Part shown: positions 13,062 to 24,873 of the stretch, in pieces
How the letters are laid out: each line of letters opens with the position of its first letter
Numbering within the stretch: the first letter of the stretch is position 1
Program-made: the position numbers and the translations under genes
Notes under the pieces: generated by a model
The model's database searches: none
What the model was told of the DNA's origin: nothing
What the model saw: the letters and a program-made list of their open reading frames with translations, nothing else
NCBI GenBank assembly: GCA_028023455.1
Contig: JAQFVV010000010.1
Coordinates: forward strand, 558,001-622,000
Reading direction: 5' to 3'
Source: Epiperipatus broadwayi
Taxonomy: Eukaryota; Animalia; Onychophora
DNA: 64,000 nt

Positions 13062-13340
13062 GGATAAGTGACTTTTAGTTTTATTGTAGATATATTTGTG
13101 TTGGGCTACTCTATTGGCTATGTTAGTCTGAGTCTCCCCATAATATGCAGCTTAGCAGTTGGCTTGTGGGCAGATTATTTTGTACACCACCTGAGGAGTG
13201 AGCTCATGGGTGATTCTATGTTTTGAGTTGTTTATAAGTCTGTTTGTGTTCAGAGGTGACTGGTAGGCAATGCTAAAGTCTTTAGATAGTGTGTTGTTGA
13301 GGCATTTGGCAAGGGGTTGGATATATGGTATGAGAATTCT
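13062..13340 (-). pseudogene. Penelope-like element GIY-YIG endonuclease fragment
   Basis: My minus-strand translation: RILIPYIQPLAKCLNNTLSKDFSIAYQSPLNTNRLINNSKHRITHELTPQVVYKIICPQANC*AAYYGETQTNIANRVAQHKY. This matches the PLE pattern LPY...VVYKIxC..C...YxGET...RxxQH. One in-frame stop. Confidence 0.8.
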
Positions 13341-13691
13341 TGGCTTAATGTCTTTGAGGTGGTTACACTTTTAAATATATAAGTTCTAGCTTCATTATCT
13401 GTGCAAACAGTGTATATATATATATTAGTTTATAATGTTTAGTGAAGTAATAATTTAAATATTTCAAGTAAGCATTGAAGTGAATTGCTAGTGGCACAGG
13501 TTAAGTGAACATTCATTATTAAAGGGAAATAGGTTAAATTCTTTAAGCATATATGTGTGTATGTGCTTACGGATTCCATATTAAAATACTTTAATGTATA
13601 CAAATCACATTTCATGATAAAATAAACATGTTTAATAAAAAATACATTTATTATATATTAAGCTTAAGAAATAATAATCAACTAATGAGTT

Positions 13692-16449
13692 TAGCTGCTT
13701 CTAGAAAGAAAATCACTTGCTTCACAGCTCTCTTGAAAAGACTTTAAAAAGTCAGTTTTCCTGCTATCAGAGGTATTCCCTATGTGTATTTGTCCCTTTA
13801 AAAAACATTATTTGCTGTTTGGGTGCCTTTTCATTCACAATTATCAGTTTTTAGTGTATTTAATCATTGTTTCACTGCATCTACTATCTGATTAACTACA
13901 ATAGATTACCATATTTTTCCCCCTGTTTGATGGGTAGGTTCACTGTTCTATGTACCATAGAGGGTTTCATTTTCTCCTAGACCCTTGACTTCATTTCCTC
14001 TCCAGTTCTCTTATCACTCAAAACTTTTTTTACCAAATTTTTTTATGTATTGTTCCAATTACTTAGATCATTAAAAACGATCTTCTTTTCTCACCCCCCC
14101 TCTGGGGTAGCAAACTGCCTTAATTTCTAATCAATTATTGTATTAAACAACTATAATTAACAGTAGCAATCTCTCCAGTGTGAAATACTTCATTTTTTTA
14201 AAATCAAATTCTTTAGATTTCACTTCAATATTTTTTTCTTTATATAATCTGTAACTCTTCCAAACAGTTTAAAGATGGCCACCGCCCCTAGCGGCGAAAA
14301 TGTGCAAAAACATAATTCACAAAAACAAAAATCTTCAAAACTTCCAAAAATGTTAACTAAATTAAACTCCAAAAAAACTTTCAGCACAGAATCTATTTCA
14401 GGATCTCCATCCCCAGATCCTCTGGATTTTCCTCCCCTACAGGCTGAGGCTTGCCCCATCAAAGGCAAGAAGCAATTCCAAAAAAGTAATATCACCAATC
14501 AAAAGATTGCTCCAAGCAAAACTGGGAACATTAAAAACTCCTCCACTATAAAGAGTAAAAAACAGCCTGCTACACCTAAGTTTAATACAGAAACCTCAGC
14601 CAACTCTGATTTCTCTAAAAATTTAACACACAATAACTACTCCAAAGATGATGCCACTCGTAATTCCCCATCTCAATCTACGAGCACAACCAAGTCTGCC
14701 AATTCTACTCCCACTATTATCAGTCACACTATAGAGCAATCCCTTATTAAAAATCCATCACCACAGCAAGTCTTTGCTAACTCCTATGCTCAAGCTGCAT
14801 CCAGCATCTTACCAAAATGTCCTAATAGAACCATGACACAAACACCCCAAGCAGAGCTCCTTCAAAATCTGTGGGGCCTTGATGGGGACAATCTGAACAA
14901 TCATGATTCATCCACCTTTGAAACCTTCATTCCTACTAAACAACTCAGACCAGAGAATCACACAGTGATCTCAGAACAATTTAACCAAACAGTTCCACCG
15001 CCCCTCCTCAAGTCACTTCATTGCTACCAGAGTGACAGCTCTGTCATTCTGGTGGTTACAGATCTACAATGTGGACTCCATAAATTTCCAACATAGCAGC
15101 TCTATGATCTTATCAAACTTCACAAGCTAACTGATTATATACATAAAATCTTCACCCTTTCTAATGACCAGTACATGGCATTAGAGTTTCACAACACAGC
15201 CTTCAAAAACAGTTTCAAATTTTTAAACAATATGTTCATGGTTCCAATAGACACCAATAGACCATCCATACTTAAGGGGTTTATCAAAAACTGCCACATA
15301 TGTATGCAGAGGCAGCACCTACAGAAATATCTTGAGGCATTCGGACAAGTTACCTCATTTGAGTACCTTAGGTATCCTCTCACCAATGGTCTCACCTTCA
15401 CCAACACAGCCTTATTTCAATTCATCCTTAAAAAAAGTCTTTCTCCTGAAAGCATTCCTACAACAATAGCAGCTGAACTAGCACCTTTGGTCATTTCAAT
15501 TAAGGGAATGAGGCCACAATGTTTCACCTGCAAAGACTGCAACCACCTTAATCGGGACTTCCCTCAAAAAAATAAATGCAACTCTTGCCAGAAAGAAAAA
15601 GGCCTAAACCACATCTGTGCTCCGCACAGCCCCAATAAATATGAACATCCTCCTTCAGCTAACCTCTCACCTCCACCTCACTTCAATTCAATCTTTCAGC
15701 ATTCGGCCACCCTCTCACCTTTCAGTAAGATTCCAGCTTCCCCTAGGCCACATAATTTTGGTCTCACTCACAGCCCACCACTCTCGCAGGAAGGACCCTC
15801 TTTCCTTAATGGACATGAACACTTATTCAAACTCAGAAATCATCCTGTCTGAGTCTACCAACTCTGGCCCTTCCACCATTAACAAGAAACATCAGAAGCG
15901 TGCACGCCCTAACCCATCAGATAGTGACACCAACTCTGACAGGCAGATTTCCATCCTTGATCTTCCCAGTAAAATCATAATGGATCCTTTTCCTGAACCA
16001 AGGGCAAGTCTCAGACATTCATCAGAACACACAAGGAAAAAAAGAATTCTTTCAGCAAAAAATTCTCTGGCTTCAACCCGGGCCTCGTCACCCTCCTCCC
16101 TTCACTCTCTCTCACCTTCCTCTGCTGAATTATTCTCGGACAGTGGTTCATCAAGTAACATCAAGAATAAATCATTGTGCAATTTTGGCAGGAGAAGCAA
16201 GAACTGTACTCCTCATATCTCTCCCAACCCAGCTCATCCTCGCTCACCATAAAATTTCCGTATTCCTACCTTTTTCTAAAATGTGCTTTTTTAACCAGCC
16301 TGAACTACACACCATTTCCCCTGTCCACTTCCCATTCCCTTTTTGCATGTATCCTTCTCCTCTTACCATTTTGTTCCTGAAATTTCATTTGTTTCATTGT
16401 ATCTGTTTTTGTTTTTTTTGATGAATAAACATCTCATCACTGAGGGGGG
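13692..16449 (+). mobile_element. ORF1-only L1/Tx1-like element (HAL1-like) inserted in the 5' LTR of the old Gypsy
   Basis: The sequences on either side (13490-13690 and 16450 onward) are contiguous in the paralogous repeat at 21670-21900. The insert has a ~580 bp leader, one long ORF1, then a ~180 bp pyrimidine-rich tail ending TGAATAAAC. No ORF2 sequence and no clear TSD. Confidence 0.65.
14275..16252 (+). pseudogene. L1/Tx1-type ORF1 (gag-like, zinc knuckle) with one premature stop (15094-15096) and one frameshift (near 15.8 kb)
   Basis: ORFs 14275-15096 and 15175-15852 are in the same frame with one stop between them. TNTALFQFILKKSLSPESIPTTIAAELAPLVISIKGMRPQCFTCKDCNHLNRDFP aligns with TNSALFKLSLIKGVSPTSIPTIHCAESAPLIISFRGIPPQCFLCRLRTHLIKDCP of the LINE ORF1 at 39.5-40.5 kb. 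Confidence 0.8.
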
Positions 16450-19400
16450 AAAAGTCTATAATTTGATAAGAATTTAAATTTTATTTTTTAAAAGCTTTAA
16501 TTAAACAAGAATAATTTTAGTTTAGAAAGTCAATTGTATTAATAACAAGAAGAAAGTATTATCTACTCATACTGTATGTAATAATGAGATTTCCAGGTTT
16601 TGATTATTAAAAAAAATTAGAAATTTGAAATTTTTTATATTATGCAATTAATTAATGTTAATCTAATAACTTTTGATTGAACGGGATTCTAAAGAAAATC
16701 AAGATTCTAAAGAATCAAGTAACAGATATTTTAGCTCATTCTTGTACAAGTGGAGAAAGGATCAGCAGTAAATATAAATATTGTTGAACTAAAAAAAATA
16801 TTTTTTTTTACCTTATAAAGATAGCTCAGTTTAAGAATGTCTAAGTAGATTGCACTCAATTGGTCTCCATGGATTTCAGAAAGTGTTCCTGCAAAACGGT
16901 TCTTCCTCACATCAACTATTTTAAAAAAAAAAACCGTCTGAATTTTAATTTTGGAGAGAAATCTTTAAATTTCTAATTGCTGACCTGTAAAATTTAAAAT
17001 GAAATATTGATTATTAGTCACTTTATTTTCCAAGGAAATGAAAAATGAGCTTAAATATGGAAAATATGCATATTTTAAATATAATTTAACAAAAGAGTTC
17101 ACTTTCCAACATGTGTTTCTACTAATTTACTCAGCCAAAGCAATAAGTATATAAGATTTTTGTATCTCTTTTGGAACTTTCAAAGGAAGAAACTTAAAAT
17201 CTTATTTGAAAAAATTACTACTTTTGTTCATGTATATATCGACTATAGATAGTTATTGTCATTTATAAATTTTATTATTAATGTCATTTATAAAATATTT
17301 ATTGTTAAAATGTTATATGTTGAGTTTGAGATATATAAATCTTAGAACAGCTTTCCTTCTTTCTGTATTGCATTGTAAAGTTAAAAATATTATTATTTGA
17401 TTTGTTATATAAATTCTGATGTTGGAAAAAGAATGTAAATAAAGTTATTCTGAAGAGATTCGTTGTTGAAATTGTTATCTAATCTCACCTAATCACTTGC
17501 ATTTCAATTTTAAAAAAAGAAAAAACAAATTGTATATGTTTAGTTAAAAAAGCATAGGAATTATCATAAAACAAAATCTTATAACTGAAAATCCTTCTAA
17601 ATCTATATTAACTAAAAAACTAATCAAGATTTAATTTAATTTTAGAGTATTAATTTATAAGCAGTTTAAATTAAAAGTTAATCATAATTTCAACTAATTT
17701 TACACAAATAATATAAATAAATTCTGATAAAAAAAGGACCTTAAATATTAAATCATTAATACATACATAAGCATGTAAAAGTGTGCATTTTAAGATTAAT
17801 ATCTAGGTAGTTGTCCATATGTACAGCAAGCACCTGATTGATGCAATTAGTAATATGGAGGTAAAAAGTGTGAGTTAAACAAAGCAATATTGATAGAAAA
17901 GTGAAATAATATAATTTAATTTAATAAAACTATTTTATTATACCTCATCATTTTTCTTTTTTTGATTTTGATAATTATATGTGTAAATAAGTACACAACC
18001 AGCATTAAGAGAGATTGCTTGGTTCTTGATTAGGGCTTATGCTGAAGATTTCAACCCTCATGAATTAGACTGTAGATACTTATGTTTCTATGTGTTGAAT
18101 GTTGGAAATTCAAATATTGCAAAGAAGGGATAAGAAATTAATAAGTTTACTATAAGTTATGTTGGATTGTGCTATTAAGTAATGTATTATTTATGTTTCA
18201 GCAAATTGCATAATGAATTATATGAGTTACATTTCTCTGTAATCTGGTGGCATCCAACCATATGAGTTTAAAGTACCAACCTATATGAATAGTGCAGGAA
18301 ATATATAAACCATCACATACAAGATAAAGTAAAACATGGAGACTCCACTGAGGCATGATATAAATCATTTACTGGAGATGAGAAAGAATCAATAAATAGA
18401 TTATTTGTTAGATGATAAGTTTTCTAAATCTGCAGCAGAAACAAAACTGAAAAAATCACAATAAAGTAGATTGACACAAATCACAGAAAAATTAAAAATA
18501 CTGTGTTTTTAGTAATTTACAGTGAAGTTAGAGGTGAGATACATTAATTAACATGACTTATAAGGAGTGTGAATGGGTAGAAAAAACATAGGAGAAGTGA
18601 ATGGAGGTTAATAGAGACAGGGATCAATGTGATCTTATTAATAATATCAGAGATTTTTACTCATTATCATATTGAAGATATACAAATAATAAACCAAGTA
18701 AATAAATAATGAGTATGGAAGAAAGACGGGATCCAAAAATTGAGATGGATGAACATTTGGATACCATAGAGAAAGTAACCTTAAAAATGCAACTTAGTTA
18801 GAAAAAACATACTTCCGGCACACCAATGGAATTTGGGATCTCATGAATATAATATTAGAATTTAAAAAATAAATAAAAACAAGAATAAAAAAATAGCAGA
18901 CTTGAAAAAAAAATAGACATATTCAAATTGAAAATAGTCAGGAATGAGTAGACAGTCTCAAATAGAAAATAGGTATACTTGGGATGAAAGTTGACAGGCT
19001 CAAATAGAAAGTAGGCTCAAGAAGAAAATAAATAGGCTCAAATATAATGTAAACAGTGCCAGGCAAAGATAAAACAAATCATTGAAGAGATTAAGAAGCA
19101 ATTGACAAGGGTTAAACAAGAATTAGATGAAGTCAAATGAGAAAATAAAGTTGTTTAAAAAAGATATAACAAATGTTAAACAGAATATTGAAAAAATCCA
19201 ACAAGAGGTTGAAATGATGGGAATAGAACAACAACAAGTGAGGACTATCTTGGAGAAAATACAAGATAAGTCAACAGAAATAGAGTTAGTGGTTGGAGGT
19301 TTAAAAAATAGATTTATCCAAGTTCAAGAGAATCAAACATGAATTTTAGTGCAGAAAGTTCTGCAAATGAAAGAAATATTAATGGAAGGAGCTGAATGAT

Positions 19401-19499
19401 ATGTCATATGGAACATAATGTGAATTAATCTTAAGTTAAGGATGTATTCATGCAGAAAGATAAATTAGAGGATAAAATAAAAAAATGACAATTACTAAA

Positions 19500-19745
19500 A
19501 AGGTTGACAGAAATTTTAATACACATGTTGCAAAATAGACTGATAATTTGACAAATGGAGGTGATGATATAATGTTATACAGTGGTGAGGATTTAAATAT
19601 GTGTGGCATTATAAAAGAAAAACTAATGGCAAATAGTGCAATATCTAAATTTATTAATGTTAGGGTATGTAAAGTTTATATAGAGGGAAACACTTTGGAT
19701 CACCTTGACAGTTTCAAATATCTTTTTCATTTTCACCAATTGAAT
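19500..19745 (+). pseudogene. Short non-LTR RT C-terminal fragment inside the old Gypsy gag region
   Basis: ORF 19548-19748 contains GDDIML and KVYIEGNTLDHLDSFKYL, resembling LINE RT (Y)ADDI.L and I.I.G..LE.V.SFKYLG. Confidence 0.45.
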
Positions 19746-20640
19746 TAATGAAAGAGGGTGGTTTTATTGCAAGCAGTTACTTCCATGGTACAATTAAAGA
19801 TTAGTTGAAATCCTTATATACAAAACCATAGACATTTTAAGGATATTGTATTGCTGTTTTGAATACTTTTTAAAGAGAAGAAAAGCAGGAAGGGGTAGGC
19901 CATAGCATAGATCAAGAAAAATATATACTGGCAAAGAGAAAAGGCTGCACACAGTTTTTCCATCAACAGGTATCAAAGTTGAAGTCATTTATAGGTTTTC
20001 CTTTGTCAGAAAAACAAATAATCAAACATATTCTGCCAACTTCCATCCAGAGGAGTTTAATAGAAAGTTATAGTTCTCTATTGAAGAGGTAGTAAATATT
20101 TTAAATGTCATGGATTCAGAAAATTTATACATGAAACCAGATGAAAAAATGAAACTGGCTCACTGATATTTGCAGTGTCAGAAGTACAAGCATCAATCCA
20201 GAATGAAGAACAGAAAAGAGAAACTATATTACCAACCTAAATCATACTCCTCTAGAAATTATATGTTGAGAAAAAAATGATGGAGTAATAAAAATGGTGA
20301 AAATAACTTTAGAAGTTTACATGCAAGAGTTCAAAATAGTCAAGCATACGATAGAACAAAAAGGACTGAGTATAGGAAGTGAACATGAACATATACAGGC
20401 AAAGGAATTGTATACAGCAAATAATCAGTCTAGTATATAGAATGACAAAATTTGTAACTAAACTACCATGATGAGAAACTAGATGAAATTTTATTGGCAT
20501 ATTCTCCTGATGATGATCACTATAATCTAGTAGGAACAGTATACTGGATATGGACACTATTATGTACGGTATTAATAATGTAGTTTTTGAAGATGGCCTA
20601 AGCATATAAAATTATTATAAACAAAAATGCCACTGGTACC

Positions 20641-20960
20641 AATAAAAATTGAGGGATTTCAAATCCACACTCAAATTGACACAGGAAATCAACAATCATT
20701 AATATCCAATAAGGTTTGTCAAAATACAATTGATACTGAGGAAAGATTTTAAGTATTATCTTTAAGGAAGAATCAAGTTACACTTGCAAATGAAAGTCAG
20801 GTCAGAATGAAGTCTAAGCAAGTCCATGTGAATGACCAAATTAAACACAGATTCTAAAATATGTTTTTCTTATCATGTCATTTAATTTACAGTGTTATTT
20901 TAAGTTCCAATTTTATGTACTATAACCATTATATAGTAGATTATCACAAAAATGCATTGA
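20641..20960 (+). pseudogene. Gypsy aspartic protease remnant
   Basis: IKIEGFQIHTQIDTGNQQSLISNK...VLSLRKNQVTLANESQVRMKSKQV...FFLSCHLIYSVILSSNFMYYNHYIVDY aligns with the protease at 54691-55080 (VLDLGSQ...TLPLKSAHVTMANNRKAKIESKQI...FLIMKDLICDTLLGSYFLHKYKCTLDY). Confidence 0.75.
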
Positions 20961-23149
20961 TCTGTAAGAAGAGATTAGCTTTAGTGATACAAAAAACTAT
21001 TTGTCTCAGTGTGTCAGTTGTCTTCAGAAAAGAACACATGTAATGGGTATTAAAGAAATACTTCAAAAATTTACTTTATTTCATCAATACAAAAAAAAAA
21101 AAAACAATTTCATTATAGCCATTATTTGTTACTATTGATTAAACCAAGCTACCAATCAACTCTCAAAAGTTTAATGGAAATGAAGATTGCAAAAGAGCTT
21201 GTGATAAACTTAACATAAGTAAAATGAAGAAAAGAACTAGTGGACAGAAGCAACATCCATTTCATGATATGAATAAAACAGAAAATTGCCAATATATTTT
21301 TTTCTTACTTTATATCAACACATTTAATATTATAAAGCAATATGGAGAAGACAAAAATGGCATTCAAATCCTACAATGCCTGAAGTCTCAAACTTTATAA
21401 GCAAGAATAACATGAGTATTAATAATATAAGTAATAGAGATGTAACAAATAATAATAAATATGTGTAATTGTATAATCAAAGGTGGTGATTGGAGGCTAT
21501 TTTGGCAGATTAAGTAGGAAGGTATGAAATAGAAGCCCAATGAAAGAGATAAGGAGAAAATTGTATAGAGTCAGACTTTGAAGAACTAGCATAGTATTAA
21601 AGGCAGATAATAAGACTTACAGAAGCATAAATGGATAATAAAAGTTAAAGAGTTGAAGTGAGTTTTTAGTAGGTTATAATAAGTGTACATTCATTATTAA
21701 AGGGAAATACATTAAATTTTTTCTGTACATTTCTGTGTATGTGTATACAGATTCACATATTAAATAAATTAATGCAAACAAATAATATTTTAATAAGGAA
21801 AAATAAATAATAGGGAAATACATCTAATAAATATTATGTTTAACAAATAATGATTAAAAAGTAATCAAATAATGAACTAAATTCTATAATTTAATTTAAA
21901 AAAAATTAAATTTTATATGTGTTAATTAAACAAGAATGTTTTTTTTAGTTTAATTAAAATAAAATAAAACAATTGTATAAATAACAACAAGAGGAAATTA
22001 TTATTTACTGATATAGTATGTAATAATGAGATATCCATGTTTTGATTATATAAAAAAAGATTAGAGGTTTGGATTTTTTTATTGTATAATAATAATGTAA
22101 ATGTAATAAATTTTGATTGACCAGGATTTTAAAGAATTGTGTAAAAAAATATTTCTAGCTCATTCTTATACTAGTGGAGGAAGGGACAGCTGTAAATGAA
22201 AAAAAAAACATTGATGACCTGGAGAAAAATGATTTTTTCACTTAATAAAGATTGCTCAATTTAAAAATGTCTGTGTTTAAACAACTAAAGATTGCACTTG
22301 ATCAGTCTTTATAGCTTTCAGAAAGTGTTCCTATAAAATGTTCCTGCTTATATCAACTGTTTAGAATTAAAAACGCCTGAATGTTCATTTTGGAGGGAAA
22401 TCTGTCAAAAAATCTAATTGCTCCCTATAAGATTTAAAATCAAAAACTGATTATCTCTCGCTTTATTTTCTGAGGAAAGGAAAAGAAAATAAACTTAAAA
22501 CTGCAAAATATGCATATTTTAATTATAATTATTCAAAAAAGCTCTTCACTTTCCAACATATTTCTACTAATTTATTTAGCCAAGACTGTAAGTATATATA
22601 TTTATCTGTTTTGGAATCCCCCCCCCCCCCACCAAATAAAATATAACCCTTTATTTTCAAAAAGTACTTTTGTTTATGTTTATATGAACTATAGACAGTC
22701 ATTTTCATTTATAAATTTTATTATTAATATCATTTATAAATTATTTATTGTTAAAATGTTATATGTTGATTTTGAAATTATAAATTTTGTAATATCTTTT
22801 TTCTTTCTGTACAGGATTGTAAAGTTAAATTATTATTTGATTTGTTAAATAAATTTTGATATAGATGTTAAAAATATTATTCTGAAGAAAGTAGTTGTTG
22901 AAGTTGTAATCTAATATTACCTGATTGCTTGCTTTTCAGTAAAAAAAAAAAAGAAATAGACAAAATATATGTTTAGTTTAAAAAAGTATAGAAAATTATT
23001 ATAAAACAAAAACTTATATCTGAAAAGCTTTCTAAATCTATATTAAATTAACAACTAATCACAATTTAACATAATTTTAATATAATAATTTATAAACAGT
23101 TTAAATTAAAAGTTAATCTTAATTTCATCTAATTTTATCCATCTAATAT

Positions 23150-23203
23150 AATATAGGGGATTTAAACACAGACTTCCCTTCAGTCATCCACTCTATTTCA
23201 TAG
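23150..23203 (-). mobile_element. 3' fragment of the hammerhead-bearing ~475 bp repeat family
   Basis: Minus strand ATGAAATAGAGTGGATGACTGAAGGGAAGTCTGTGTTTAAATCCCCTATATT resembles 24504-24562. It is absent from the paralogous LTR at ~17.7 kb. Confidence 0.55.
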
Positions 23204-24219
23204 AACCAACACAAATATATACTTATAAAAAAGGGCTGCATTAAATATTAAATCATTTATATATACATGTGCATATAAATGTGTGCTTATAAGAATAATA
23301 TCTAGCTAGTTGTCCATATGCACAATACCTGCTTGATGCAATCAGTATTATGTAGGTAAAAGTGTGAGTTAAACAAACCATTAGTAATATTGGTGGTAAT
23401 GTGAAATAATATACTCATAACTTAATTTAATAAAACTATTTAATTACATCTGATTAATTTTATTATTTTGATTTTGATAGATTATTATAGGTTTACGTAG
23501 GTTCACAACCAGTTATTAATTAGGTCTTAGACTGAAGATCTTAACACTCTTAGGCTAGACCATGGATACTTATGATTATATGTGTTGAATGTTCCAAATT
23601 AAATTATTCTAAAAAAAAGGTAAGAAATTAAGTTTACTATAGATTTTATTAAATTGTGCTATTAAGTAATGTTTCATTTAGGTTCACAACCAATTGCATG
23701 ACAAATTATATAAATTCCTGATTTCCCTGTAATCTGATGGTGCCAAACAATATGAGATTAAAGTACCTGGTATAGGGATATTGCAGGTAATACAATATAA
23801 ATCATCACAATGTATATTATTTTAAACCATTGATACCTTTTATAATTTTTCATAATATATGGAAATGATATTCATATTCACTTATGTACTACTCCTATTA
23901 GACTAGGTTATTAAAATTATACAGATTTTATCAATTACAATGTCTCAAAAATATGTGTCTCTTTTTTAAAAAAAAAACATGGTTAATATTTAATGAAAAA
24001 TAAATATACACACATAAAATCGTTTTTGAAAGGGAACAAGGATATACAGATATTATATCTAATTACGATAAAAGAAAGTATTTACAAATATTAATACATT
24101 AGTAATTTTATTATGATAACTAGATGACCAATTTTATTCCTAATAAGGATAGTAACTTTTAACATTATATTTAAACATGTGTGAGAGAGAACATGAATGT
24201 TTATGTTGTAAAATATAAA

Positions 24220-24562
24220 CATGGGTTTGGCAATAATATTGGTATCAGTGTGGGTTTTGGGCTTTCCATCATCAGATTTTTAATGGTATGTATGGCTGAA
24301 GAGTTGGGGATTAGAGTAGATTGAAGTCTGTCCATTAAAGTATGAAGATTTGCTATCTTAATATAAACTGAGCACTGATTATATATATGTGTGTGTGGAA
24401 AATGATAATCTAGACTAACTGATGAGCCCTGGTTCAGCACAAATTACATATATTGTTGATTATTTATCTTTTCTACATGTGTGTGGTCATGTGTATAAAG
24501 GGTATGAGATAGTGTGGATGGTTAAAGGGTACTTGAAAGTCTGAGTTCAAATCCCCTATATT
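24220..24562 (+). mobile_element. Partial single copy of the hammerhead-bearing ~475 bp repeat family (decayed ribozyme at ~24415-24455)
   Basis: Collinear with 30320-30668 and 48580-48919, including TCCATTAAAGTATGAAGATT, CTGATGAGCCCTGGTTCAGCAC and the CCCTATATT end. Confidence 0.85.
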
Positions 24563-24873
24563 TTTTTAATATAGTAAATTTGAAAAAGATATCACAAAAT
24601 TCTTAAATAAACTTATTTTTAGTTCAAAATAAATGAGTTTATTATTAATTAAAAATGAGATCTTTAAAAATAAATAAAATAAATTATTTATTTTATATTT
24701 TAATATTATAAGTCATTTTATTTGTAAAATAAATAATTCAATTGTTACTAATTTTTTTCTTTTCTCAACCAATGTAATACCTGGTAAAATTTTCATTTTA
24801 TAAAATAAAGAATTGTTATTTTATTGTTAAGTAATACAATGTAGTAGTTTAAGATTTAAAATAAGGTCATTGT

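Larger units (their letters stand above)
13476..23829 (+). mobile_element. Old, internally deleted Ty3/Gypsy LTR retrotransposon with nested insertions
   Basis: Two diverged direct repeats (13476-18336, interrupted at ~13692-16449, and 21654-~23829) begin TGAAG and end in CA. The first is followed by PBS-like TGGAGACTCCACTGAGG (18337). Between them lie a coiled-coil gag-like ORF (19127-19342), a protease remnant and an integrase C-terminus (SYNA*SLKLY at 21369-21398, compare SYNAQSLK at ~57797). The 3' end is approximate. Confidence 0.6.

Noticed and set aside
16730-18300. Blocks bounded by AG/GT in both direct repeats that looked like exons of a duplicated gene (e.g. GSCPYVQQAP, SGGIQPYEFKVP / SDGAKQYEIKVP)
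   Set aside because: The frames have stops and frameshifts in both copies. The repeats flank gag-PR-IN remnants with TG/CA ends and a PBS-like site, so LTRs explain them better. Splice-like dinucleotides are common in AT-rich DNA.
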